From an uncultured SAR86 cluster bacterium (GTDB taxonomy: Bacteria > Pseudomonadota > Gammaproteobacteria > Magnimaribacterales > AG-339-G14), in the NCBI GenBank assembly GCA_902614235.1, contig CACMKG010000002.1, positions 17,354 through 81,353 on the forward strand: 64,000 nt of DNA. The letters are read 5' to 3'. Each line of letters starts with the position of its first letter. Positions within the stretch are counted from its first letter, which is position 1. The notes under the pieces were generated by a model that had not been told where the DNA came from, did no database searches, and saw nothing but the letters and a program-made list of their open reading frames with translations. A program made the position numbers and the translations under genes. Positions 9,373 to 18,321 of this stretch are shown in pieces.

Positions 9373-9788
9373 ATGTAATGATTGATATTAAGAATGAAAT
9401 CAAGAATTTCATCCCTTACCCTTCTATAAATATTTAATATTTTTTTCTCATCATTTATATTTTCTGAGAGCTTAGGAGGATCTTCAAAACCTTTGTGTAT
9501 GGTCTTTCCTTTGAACAAGACTGGACAGTTTTCTTCAGCATCAGAACATAAAGTAAAAACATAATCAAAATCTTTGTCTTCCAATTCGTTTATGGTTTTA
9601 GAGAATTGATCAGATATATCAATTTTGACTTCTGACATTACTTTGATTGCATATGAATTTAAGTTAGATTTTCTAGTGCCAGCTGAATAAGCCTGAAAAC
9701 TAGTAAATTTTTTTGCAAAACCTTCAGCCATTTGCGATCTACAAGAATTTCCAGTGCAGAGAAATAATATTTTCTTCGATTCTCTCAT
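9369..9788 (-). CDS. arsC: Arsenate reductase, LMW-PTP (thioredoxin-coupled) family
   Basis: ILFLCTGNSCRSQMAEG P-loop, TLC...CP resolving cysteines, FEDP, RRVRDEI. Confidence 0.92.
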   Translation of the reverse strand: MRESKKILFLCTGNSCRSQMAEGFAKKFTSFQAYSAGTRKSNLNSYAIKVMSEVKIDISDQFSKTINELEDKDFDYVFTLCSDAEENCPVLFKGKTIHKGFEDPPKLSENINDEKKILNIYRRVRDEILDFILNINHYI

Positions 9789-10429
9789 CTTAAAAATTTA
9801 TAAATATACAAAGCAATGAACAAACCAATTAATTGGCCTGAAAAGAAATAAATAATCGACTCTGGTGAAATTCCAGTAAAGGTATCCGTAAATGTCCTAG
9901 CTAGAGTTACTGCTGGATTTGCGAATGAAGTAGACGATGTAAACCAATAACCTGCTGTAATAAATAAAGCCACTGAAATAGCTACATTAGACTTATTATT
10001 TTTTCTAACCATTAAGATAGTTAAAATTAATCCCAATGATGCAATTATTTCACTTAAAACCATGCTGATCCCCATCCTGGGTTTGGATGAGATTTGAAGC
10101 AAACTAAGTTCAAATATGAAATGGATTAATATTACTGCGAAAATTCCTGCAATGAATTGAATAACTAAATAGAAGAGTAAATCCTTTAAGTTGATCTCTT
10201 TTAAAAAATAAAAGACTATTGAGACAATTGGATTAAAGTGAGCTCCTGATAAATCTTCAAAAGATTTAATGATGACGTAAAGAATTGCTCCGGTTGCAAT
10301 CGTATTACCTAATAAAGCCACTGCCACGTTACCAGAAGATAAATTATCACCCATGATCCCGGAACCAATGACTGTAGCCACTAAGAAAAAGGTTCCTAAG
10401 AATTCAGCAATGTATTTTTTTATTTTCAT
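9785..10429 (-). CDS. MIP/aquaglyceroporin, arsenic-associated AqpS-like
   Basis: AEFLGT, SGAHFNPIVS, YWFTSSTSFANPAVT; 4-nt overlap with arsC. Confidence 0.9.
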   Translation of the reverse strand: MKIKKYIAEFLGTFFLVATVIGSGIMGDNLSSGNVAVALLGNTIATGAILYVIIKSFEDLSGAHFNPIVSIVFYFLKEINLKDLLFYLVIQFIAGIFAVILIHFIFELSLLQISSKPRMGISMVLSEIIASLGLILTILMVRKNNKSNVAISVALFITAGYWFTSSTSFANPAVTLARTFTDTFTGISPESIIYFFSGQLIGLFIALYIYKFLR

Positions 10430-10614
10430 TAATTCCTAAAATCAAACTTTTTTTCTTTAACTTAATATAAAAGCTCTCACAATTTCCCTGTTACTAATTC
10501 ATATTTTTACATCAATATTAAGGAAACTACTTCTTGTGTTTTATTTAAATTCATTTCGATAAGTAGCTCTCTTTGTCTTTAACAGTAATTAAATTAATTT
10601 AATGTTTATATTAG

Positions 10615-10642
10615 AAAAGGCCATATCTAAATATGGCCTTTT
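10615..10642. terminator. Intrinsic terminator downstream of the lipoprotein-receptor operon
   Basis: AAAAGGCCATAT-CTAA-ATATGGCCTTTT perfect 12-bp stem. Confidence 0.85.
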
Positions 10643-10708
10643 TGAAGTGTTTTTATTATAAACAGAGAAAAAACAAAAACTTAACTTCGATTCATAGAAA
10701 TAAACCTC

Positions 10709-13336
10709 CTATTTAAAGGAGAATTTAAATCCTAATGAAGCTGATTGACCAAGATCATATTGATCGTATATTGCAATATTTCTCATAGAAGCATAATACT
10801 CCTCGTCAAGTAAATTTCTTAATTCAAGCGACAATTTCAAATCGTAATTAGGGTAAGCTAAAACTCTTGAATATGTAAAATCAACCAATAATGGAGGTTC
10901 TTCAATAATATCTGGTAAAACATCAATACCTCTAGCCCTTACTCTATCACTAACATAGTTAAAGATTAGGGTAGCTTCAGATTGATCTTGTAAATTATCT
11001 AAACCAATTTGAAAGTTTGCAATTGAATCTGATTGACCCTGTAATCTGGTATCTCTTCCATTCGCTAGAAGAGTTTGAGCATTTACTGAAGTACCAAGAT
11101 TATTTATATAAGTATCTCCAGGATTCACAATTACTTCAGAGTCAGTATCCGTATAATTGAACTTAACGATTAAGTCGTTTTTAGAGTCCATTATCGCCTC
11201 AAATATTTGTTCATATTCAATTTCAAAACCAGTGATTTCAGCCGTAGGAACGTTTTGGTATGAAGTAATAATTAAATCACCTGACTCATTAACAGTTTCT
11301 TCGATGGGATTAAGAATATCCTTATAAAAAATTCCAGCTGTTAAAAATTGATTTAAACCAAAATAGTATTCAGCTCTTAAATCAATATTGTCAATCTCAC
11401 TATCTTGCAAATATAGTGAACCAGCTATTACTCTGTCAGTATCAACATCTATAAATAGTGTCGGAGAAAGCTCTCTGAAGGTTGGCCTAGCAATTGTCTG
11501 AGAAAGACCCAATCTAAATTGAAGGTTTTCATCAAATTCAGGAAGATAAGTTAATGTCATTGAAGGTAGCGTGTAATCTTCTTCTATTGATTTATCAATA
11601 GTAGAGTCAACGCCTGTAAATAAATCAAATGTATTAACTTGCTGAAGGCCGTCTTCTTGCCTAATTCCAGCAGTAATTTCAAAATTATCTCCAATTTTAG
11701 ATTCAAAGCTGATATACGCTGCATCAACTTCCAACAATCCTAAGTACCCAGCTGGCGATGAACTTGCCGTATTCTCAATTACCATCAATCTATTAGGATC
11801 AAAATTTTGATCAGCAAAAATATAATCTATTCTATTATCTAGACCATCTCGAGGTATGGGACCGCCAGCAGCCAGAAATCTATAACTTCTAACTTCAGCC
11901 GATCTGTCATTTTCAAGACTTTCAACTCCAGCTCTTAAAAATGTTGAAGAACCAAAGGGTATCTCTAAAGGTATTTCTAAATCTATAACAACATTTGTAG
12001 TTTGATCTTCGACCATACTAAACTGGGTTTGGTTCCTACCTGTATTAACATCGTATAAGTAAACTCCGTCACTGTTTCCATCTTCATAGAAAGCAACTCT
12101 TTCATAAGGAGAATCTCTCTCTGCCTCTCCATCACTCAAACCTACATTTAAATTCCAGCCATTTTCAAAAGTCTTATTAAAATTTAACTGATGATTTGTT
12201 AATTCTCTTTCGTAAAATTCTAGAAAATCTTCTCGAACATTAGCCGAATCACTTGAGTCATACCCTTGCAAGATACGAGCTTCTTTTGATCCTTTATGAA
12301 TATATAATCCGGTGTATTTTAATTCAGATAAATCCGTTTCAACCCCAAGAACAGCCATTGCATATGCTGTAATGTCATTCGTTGTGCTTCTAAAAGTTTT
12401 GTTATTTTGAACTACTACATTAACAATACCGCCCAGACTTTGTAAATCACCGGTTTGTCTGATTCCTTCTTGTGTATCCCAAGAATTTTTGTAACCTCCT
12501 GTAACCATAAATCCCATTGTTGCACTTGGAATATTAATGATTTGATCAATTCCTAAACCGTCAAGACTATCTCCATAAGTCAAACTATAAGATTCATCTA
12601 GAGGAACCTCTCCTGATTGTATGACCCATAGCTTTGAATTTTCAAACTCTCGACCAAAGTTAGCCAATTGTGTGGTATTAAAGTTAGATCTATCAAGTTT
12701 AAGTCTGCTATTGATAGCGTCCTGAACACTGCTTGGAATTGATCTGATCCCGTCATCGTACCCAAAACTATCCTCTCCGCCGTCGTACATTAACCCATCA
12801 TCTTTTAACGAAGTAGCGGAGTTGAAACTTGCTGAAGCTGAAAATTCAAAGATTCTATCTAAAGGCACAGCCTTTGTTTTTATCTCAACCATACCTCCGC
12901 CAAACTCACCAGGCATGTCAGCTGAATAAGTTTTTTGTACTACAGACGATTCAATGATGCTTGTTGGAAAAAGATCAAGTGGTACAACTCTTTTGAGTGG
13001 TTCTGGGCTTGGAAGATTAAGGCCGTTTAGTGAAGCAGATGAATATCTATCACCTAAACCTCTTACATATACGTATTTACCTCGCACTAGGCTGAGACCC
13101 GCAAGTCTTGTAAGGGCGATAGCAATATTGTCATCACCAGCTCTTTCGATACTTGATGAATCTAATATTGCAGAAATCTCAGATGTATTCCTTTTTGCGT
13201 CTGGTATAAAAGATCCACTTACAACCAACTCTTCATCAGCTTCCTGAGCATTAATAATTAATGGGAAAACTATTATGAAAGGTAAAGCAAACTTTAAAAA
13301 ACCCATGATTTTGTTTATTTTTTTTGTAGATTTCAT
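10709..13336 (-). CDS. TonB-dependent receptor partnered with the surface lipoprotein
   Basis: YVYVRGLGDRYS, LPSPEPLKRVVPLDLFP and KTYSADMPGEFGGG plug motifs; barrel motif SQTIARPTFRELSP; GGAG RBS. Confidence 0.95.
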   Translation of the reverse strand: MKSTKKINKIMGFLKFALPFIIVFPLIINAQEADEELVVSGSFIPDAKRNTSEISAILDSSSIERAGDDNIAIALTRLAGLSLVRGKYVYVRGLGDRYSSASLNGLNLPSPEPLKRVVPLDLFPTSIIESSVVQKTYSADMPGEFGGGMVEIKTKAVPLDRIFEFSASASFNSATSLKDDGLMYDGGEDSFGYDDGIRSIPSSVQDAINSRLKLDRSNFNTTQLANFGREFENSKLWVIQSGEVPLDESYSLTYGDSLDGLGIDQIINIPSATMGFMVTGGYKNSWDTQEGIRQTGDLQSLGGIVNVVVQNNKTFRSTTNDITAYAMAVLGVETDLSELKYTGLYIHKGSKEARILQGYDSSDSANVREDFLEFYERELTNHQLNFNKTFENGWNLNVGLSDGEAERDSPYERVAFYEDGNSDGVYLYDVNTGRNQTQFSMVEDQTTNVVIDLEIPLEIPFGSSTFLRAGVESLENDRSAEVRSYRFLAAGGPIPRDGLDNRIDYIFADQNFDPNRLMVIENTASSSPAGYLGLLEVDAAYISFESKIGDNFEITAGIRQEDGLQQVNTFDLFTGVDSTIDKSIEEDYTLPSMTLTYLPEFDENLQFRLGLSQTIARPTFRELSPTLFIDVDTDRVIAGSLYLQDSEIDNIDLRAEYYFGLNQFLTAGIFYKDILNPIEETVNESGDLIITSYQNVPTAEITGFEIEYEQIFEAIMDSKNDLIVKFNYTDTDSEVIVNPGDTYINNLGTSVNAQTLLANGRDTRLQGQSDSIANFQIGLDNLQDQSEATLIFNYVSDRVRARGIDVLPDIIEEPPLLVDFTYSRVLAYPNYDLKLSLELRNLLDEEYYASMRNIAIYDQYDLGQSASLGFKFSFK

Positions 13337-13365
13337 TTTGACTCCAAAATAGGTTTTAAAAGGTG

Positions 13366-16300
13366 TTAGTTAAGTTTAATTGATCCAGGTACTGTCCATA
13401 CTTTGTACCAGTCATCAGTAGCTCCACTAACTGCACCTATATGTGTAGTAGTGTCAAAAAATCCATCGGCATTGTATGTTGAAGGAATAGCTGTCACAGT
13501 AGCTGCGGTCTCAGCAGGACCGTTTATAGCTACACCGTTACCGCTGTATACAAGTGCATTGCTACTATTGAGCTCTTTTCCTAAATTATTTACATAATTA
13601 CCACCGCCAGAATTAGCTCCATAGAGATTATTTGATCCTGCCTTAACGATCGTTTCTACATCTGAAGCTGTTTTACCTCCTGCTGTGTCTGAATCTACAG
13701 TGACAAAACTAGGACAATCAAATGCAACGGAATTAAAGGAGAAATTAGGAGTGGTTGCTCCATCAGCAATAGTTTGCGCCGTGTATGTTGTTTCAATGCA
13801 ACCCTTTGTTAAGCCAGAAGCTGCGTTAAGGACTGCAGCAACTCCATTGTAATATTGACCCGATACACCCTCTTTTAACTTGAATACCTCGTCATGGCCT
13901 CTACTTATGAAAGTAAAGTTAGCAACAATGGGGTTTGATCTAGGCTCTGTTAGGTAGACTACTCCAGCTCTAGTATCAGAGTTTGTGTTGTCTGATTCCA
14001 CAATGTGATCACCTGTATCGTTGGACTGTTGAATTAATACGTGTTGAAGTCTTCCTTGATAACCCCAATCAATGTCCAAGTTATCATCACCCGCTCCAGT
14101 ACATATCAAACGTTTCACATCGACTGTTCCACCAAAGAACTCAACGCAATCGTCAGCATTGTTATGCACTTGAACATATTCAACCGAAGTACCGTTTCCA
14201 ACACCACCAAAAGTAATTCCATTTAGCTCATTACCTGGAAATATTTCATATCCTGCATACTGAACTCTTACATATTTGAGTGATCCACTGCTGTCAGCAG
14301 GTATTTCACCACCCATTACATCTCCAGCTGATCCCTCAACCTCTTTTTGACAAGGGACAGCTTTTGCTCCTGCTGTGTATGTACACTTATTAATAGGTGC
14401 TTGACCAAGGATGACTAATCCACCCCAAAGACCTCGTGTTGAGTTAACATCTGCTTGACCAAGAATATCTTGTTTTCCAGTCATTATAATTGGAGCTGAT
14501 TTTGTTCCAACAGCATTAATATCGGACCCTCTCATAACAACTAAATAGTCATTACCTGATTCACCAAAAATTGTAACGCCAGGGTTAACAGTTAGTGTAG
14601 CTGTATCACCGTTTGTAGCAGTGCCATCTGCTCCTACATCAACACCGATTTGAACTTTACCATCAAGCTTATAATAGTTTCCTGCAACTAGAGTTAGGTC
14701 ATCTTTAACAATTCCGCTTAAGTCACAGACTTTTCTACCTTGGAGAATTCCTGATTCAAGGGTTCCAGCTGGACATGCAGGATCGGCAAATAAACCAATT
14801 GTCCAACCTGCAGCCCAGTTATTTTCTACATCAGATCCAGGTGCAAATGCACCAATATAATTTGTAGCAGAGAAGAATGTATCGACTGCATAAGTATAGT
14901 CGGGAGTGTTTGTGTCAGAAACGTCTGTTCCTGCACCACACAATCCTGATTTTGGTGCAGCACCGGCTGCATGAGTTCCAACTTCACACATAGCGTTCTT
15001 TTGTCCTGTGGCGAAAGCGCTAGGAACAGCAGACTCTGCATTACCCAAGAAATATGTATCCACCAAAGTATTGGTTCCAACGGTTAAATTAGTTGATCTT
15101 GAATTAAGTGATGTAGCAAAAGCTGGTTTAGTTACTGAGGTATCATCTCCATACGTTACTAGTGTCGCATCTAACGCTGTAGGTTGTCCTGTCTCAGCTG
15201 AATCAAAAAATATGGAATGATGGGCAATTTTATCTGTTAATGCACCATCTTGGATAGTTTCTGCAAAAGTACCGTCTATGAGATCTTTTGCTGTTTGGTT
15301 TACAACAATACCATTGATATAAATTCCAGATACACCTTCTTTATACTTAAGTGGTTCGTCAACCCCACCACCAATAAAGGTAAAATTAGCAACCATTGGT
15401 TGTGATCTAGGTTCTGTTAGGTAGCCTACTGATGCATCAGAGTTTGTGTTGTCTGATTCCACAATGTGATCACCTGTGCCAACCTTTTGTTTAACAACAA
15501 CAAATTGCATTTTTCCTTGATAACCCCAATCAATGTCAAGATTATCATCGCCTGCATTCGTGCAAACTAAATGTTTGACATTTACAGTTCCACCGAAAAA
15601 CTCTACGCAATCATCTTGGTTGTTATGAACTTGAACGTAATCTACTGAGGTACCAGAACCAACGCCACCAAAAGTAATACCATTTAATTCGTTGCCTGGG
15701 AATATTTCTTTACCAGCATATTCAACTCTTACAAAGTTTAAAACACCAGAGTTATCAGTTGGAGTAGCTCCACCCATAATAGCAGTAGTCGAACCCTCAA
15801 CCACTCTTTCACAATCAGCAGTGTTTAAATTAGCAGCAGCACACTTATTAATTGGTGCTTTTCCTAAAATTACTATTCCTCCCCATAGACCAGATGCAGT
15901 ATCCGGATTAGTTAAAGATCCATCAATTGCAGAAGCTGCAGTAAATCTGATAGGTTGAGATCTTGTTCCATTAGCAATAATTTTTGAACCTCTTTGAACA
16001 ACAAGGTAATCATCAGGTGTTTTTTGAGCAAGCGTTACACCGGCTGGAATCGTTAATGTTGCTGAAACTCCTCCAGCTTTTTGACCGTTTCCGCCCATAT
16101 CCTTTCCAACATCAACCAAACCAGATAAACGATACATTACATCAGTTGTCAAAGTAAGATCTGAAGTAATTGGTCCCGTGATTGCACATAATGTGTTACC
16201 ACCAAGAGTTGCATTATCAGAAATAAACGGAGAAGAAGGACACGTTCCTGTTAATAAGGTGCTAGTAGTAGCTCCAAAATTATCAGTGCCACTTGGGGCT

Positions 16301-16416
16301 GTTAGTGGTGCTAGTTCACCAGGCGATGCAACATTGGTATCACCTGAACCGCCACAAGAAACTACAACGAAGATTGAAAGAACTGACAATAAGTATTTAA
16401 TTGATTTTGGGTTCAT
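13366..16416 (-). CDS. Large outer-membrane lipoprotein with two tandem parallel beta-helix-like domains (ElpS-like, inferred)
   Basis: Lipobox VVSC-GG; AGAGG RBS; duplicated motifs GLWGG(I/L)VILGxAPINKC, GNELNGITFGGVG, DDCVEFFGGTV, GDDNLDIDWGYQG and GDHIVESDN. Confidence 0.85.
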   Translation of the reverse strand: MNPKSIKYLLSVLSIFVVVSCGGSGDTNVASPGELAPLTAPSGTDNFGATTSTLLTGTCPSSPFISDNATLGGNTLCAITGPITSDLTLTTDVMYRLSGLVDVGKDMGGNGQKAGGVSATLTIPAGVTLAQKTPDDYLVVQRGSKIIANGTRSQPIRFTAASAIDGSLTNPDTASGLWGGIVILGKAPINKCAAANLNTADCERVVEGSTTAIMGGATPTDNSGVLNFVRVEYAGKEIFPGNELNGITFGGVGSGTSVDYVQVHNNQDDCVEFFGGTVNVKHLVCTNAGDDNLDIDWGYQGKMQFVVVKQKVGTGDHIVESDNTNSDASVGYLTEPRSQPMVANFTFIGGGVDEPLKYKEGVSGIYINGIVVNQTAKDLIDGTFAETIQDGALTDKIAHHSIFFDSAETGQPTALDATLVTYGDDTSVTKPAFATSLNSRSTNLTVGTNTLVDTYFLGNAESAVPSAFATGQKNAMCEVGTHAAGAAPKSGLCGAGTDVSDTNTPDYTYAVDTFFSATNYIGAFAPGSDVENNWAAGWTIGLFADPACPAGTLESGILQGRKVCDLSGIVKDDLTLVAGNYYKLDGKVQIGVDVGADGTATNGDTATLTVNPGVTIFGESGNDYLVVMRGSDINAVGTKSAPIIMTGKQDILGQADVNSTRGLWGGLVILGQAPINKCTYTAGAKAVPCQKEVEGSAGDVMGGEIPADSSGSLKYVRVQYAGYEIFPGNELNGITFGGVGNGTSVEYVQVHNNADDCVEFFGGTVDVKRLICTGAGDDNLDIDWGYQGRLQHVLIQQSNDTGDHIVESDNTNSDTRAGVVYLTEPRSNPIVANFTFISRGHDEVFKLKEGVSGQYYNGVAAVLNAASGLTKGCIETTYTAQTIADGATTPNFSFNSVAFDCPSFVTVDSDTAGGKTASDVETIVKAGSNNLYGANSGGGNYVNNLGKELNSSNALVYSGNGVAINGPAETAATVTAIPSTYNADGFFDTTTHIGAVSGATDDWYKVWTVPGSIKLN
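13975..15537. repeat. Identical DNA blocks shared by the two lipoprotein domains
   Basis: 42 bp identical at 13975-14016 and 15436-15477; 25 bp identical at 14052-14076 and 15513-15537; both at offset 1461. Confidence 0.9.
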
Positions 16417-16454
16417 AAGATTTCCTCTTTAACTAATAAAAAAATAGTAGAGCA

Positions 16455-16499
16455 ACTTTACGCAGAGATAGTTACAGAAATATTACGAAACCGTTACGT
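16455..16499 (-). promoter_or_regulatory. PhoB-activated promoter of the lipoprotein-receptor operon
   Basis: Minus strand ACGTAAC-GGTT-TCGTAAT-ATTT-CTGTAAC, then 10 nt, then TAAAGT. Near-identical architecture to 9204-9237. Confidence 0.82.
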
Positions 16500-16605
16500 C
16501 TTTTTAAAGATAATGAAAATTATTACAAAAAAAAGTCAAAAAAAAATTTTGTTTTGAAATAAGAGATTTAGTTACGGTTTAAAACTTTAACTAAAAAGTT
16601 CTAAT

Positions 16606-16665
16606 TTGACATAAATGTTACATATATGTTACATTTATGTAAATTATGTTACGTTTATGTTACAT
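16606..16665. promoter_or_regulatory. Extended Pho-box-like array (5-6 half-sites) overlapping a sigma70-like promoter
   Basis: TTGACATAAAT GTTACATATAT GTTACATTTAT GTAAATTAT GTTACGTTTAT GTTACAT, with TTGACA at 16606. Confidence 0.75.
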
Positions 16666-16685
16666 TTAAAAGAGGGAGAATTGTT

Positions 16686-17111
16686 ATGAAATACTTTAAA
16701 AATATTATTTTTTTATCAATCATTTTAGCTAGTACAACTGTCATGGCTAATAAAGTAATTTTTGAAAGTGCTAAAAAACATTTAAATTTAGACTCAAAAT
16801 ATATAGAGATTGAATATGATTTAAATCTAGTTAAAGACTTTTGTCCAAAACAATCAGTAGGCTGCTATATATCTGCTGACATGGGTAGAATATTTGTAGA
16901 AAATGATTTATCGAAAACGTATCATGATGTTGTGATTTTTGGTCTATATAGCGATTATCTTCAACATTCAAATATTGGATTAATAGATAGTTCTTTGACT
17001 TGTGATTTAAAAGTTAACTATCTAATAGAGGAAAAGCAAAATGATCTCGCAGATCTTTTTTCTAATCATTGTAACGATATTAAACGAAATAAATTCTTGG
17101 CATTTAATTAA
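16686..17111 (+). CDS. Secreted hypothetical protein, 141 aa, four cysteines
   Basis: AGAGGGAG RBS at 16671-16678; signal peptide MKYFKNIIFLSIILASTTVMA; own terminator. Confidence 0.8.
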   Translation: MKYFKNIIFLSIILASTTVMANKVIFESAKKHLNLDSKYIEIEYDLNLVKDFCPKQSVGCYISADMGRIFVENDLSKTYHDVVIFGLYSDYLQHSNIGLIDSSLTCDLKVNYLIEEKQNDLADLFSNHCNDIKRNKFLAFN

Positions 17112-17126
17112 TAGATATGAGTAAGT

Positions 17127-17157
17127 TATAAAAGGGCAAAGTTTTAGCCCTTTTATA
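17127..17157. terminator. Bidirectional intrinsic terminator
   Basis: TATAAAAGGGC-N9-GCCCTTTTATA. Confidence 0.85.
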
Positions 17158-17159
17158 TA

Positions 17160-17451
17160 CATGAGATCTTTTCAAACTTAGTCCGTTACAACACCGTTGG
17201 AATTTTTTACTTCATCTCATACATGACCATCGGTAAGATCTAATTCTTATTGAACTTAGTAAATTTTAGTCAATCCGTCAAAACCCAAAATTCCTTTATC
17301 TCCTTATCTAGGTGCATTGATAAAATAATTACCAGTGCCATTACCGTCATTAGCAGCCATATTTATTTGGCCATAAACATTTAGAATAGCTTATGAATTA
17401 GTGTTAAGAAGCGCAAATAAAATTGTTTACAATAAAAATTTAATCTTCCAT
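17160..17451 (-). pseudogene. Decayed 5' part of a Gram-negative trimeric porin gene
   Basis: One frame reads KIKFLL*TILFALLNTNS*AILNVYGQINMAANDGNGTGNYFINAPR*GDKGILGFDGLTKIY*VQ*ELDLTDG, matching the porin pattern VYG.IN...NASRLGxKG....GLxAIYQxEyE.D..DG, with many in-frame stops. Confidence 0.75.
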
Positions 17452-17487
17452 AAAAACTTAGCTAGAATAGGTCCTCGCCAAAAAAAC

Positions 17488-18321
17488 ATGATTGAATTTG
17501 ATATACCAAACTACAGGAGAATTGATTCTAAGCTTTATGATAAAGAAAAGAGAAAGCTTTTAATTGAACTCGTCAAACTTCAGAATTGGATCATACAAGA
17601 GAAAAAAAAGATTGCCGTAGTATTTGAAGGAAGGGACACAGCTGGCAAGACTGGGAGTATTTCTGTTTTATCTAAATACTTAATACCAAAACACTGTCGT
17701 CTAGTTAAATTAGGGATTCCTACTGCAAGAGAATCAAAAAACTGGTTTCAAAGATATGAGAAACAGTTACCAGATGTAGGTGAATTAGTTTTTTTTGATC
17801 GATCTTGGTATACCAGAGCTTTAGTTGAATCAACCATGGGCTATTGTACAAAGGGACAATACAAATCTTTTATGAAAAAAGTTGTGCCCTGGGAAAAAAA
17901 ACTTAGAGAAAATGGTACAGAAATACTTAAGTTTTATTTATCCATAGAAAAAGGAACTCAAAAAATGAGAATAGAAAAACGCAAAAATAGTCCTTTGGTA
18001 TATTGGAAAATAAGTGAAAACGATTTAAAAGGTTTAGACAGATGGGATATTTTTACCCTGTATAAAGAGCAAATGTTTAAAAATACTTCCTATTCTGAAG
18101 CACCTTGGATAGTTTTAAATGCAAACGATAAAAAGATAGCGGTGCTGCACGCATTACGCTATATCCTAGGAAGATTTGATTATCCTGATAAAAAATTACC
18201 AAAGCCAAAGGTTTGGACAGAGAATATTAATGATTACTCTCTAAAGATAAATAAAGTTCCTTTTGATAACTTAAGTTATCAGCAATACAAGGTATTAAAA
18301 GTTATGGCAGATGCAGAATAA
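17488..18321 (+). CDS. ppk2: Polyphosphate kinase 2
   Basis: ELVKLQNW, FEGRDTAGK Walker A, WFQRY, FFDRSWY, WKIS, APW. Start moved from GTG 17401 to ATG 17488. Confidence 0.93.
   Translation: MIEFDIPNYRRIDSKLYDKEKRKLLIELVKLQNWIIQEKKKIAVVFEGRDTAGKTGSISVLSKYLIPKHCRLVKLGIPTARESKNWFQRYEKQLPDVGELVFFDRSWYTRALVESTMGYCTKGQYKSFMKKVVPWEKKLRENGTEILKFYLSIEKGTQKMRIEKRKNSPLVYWKISENDLKGLDRWDIFTLYKEQMFKNTSYSEAPWIVLNANDKKIAVLHALRYILGRFDYPDKKLPKPKVWTENINDYSLKINKVPFDNLSYQQYKVLKVMADAE

Noticed and set aside
10430-10610. Possible decayed arsR or other gene upstream of the aquaporin
   Set aside because: The minus-strand frame checked gave no recognisable motif; cannot be supported.
13335-13350. ATTTTG-N4-CAAAAT hairpin over the receptor RBS and start codon
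   Set aside because: Six mostly AU pairs, expected by chance at this base composition.
16606-16665. Tandem repeats as a CRISPR array or as a coding extension from ATG 16626
   Set aside because: The period is 11 bp with no spacers and no cas genes. The RBS and signal peptide place the start at 16686.
17401-17487. N-terminal extension of ppk2 from GTG 17401
   Set aside because: It overlaps the porin pseudogene start and lacks PPK2 similarity; ATG 17488 is preferred.
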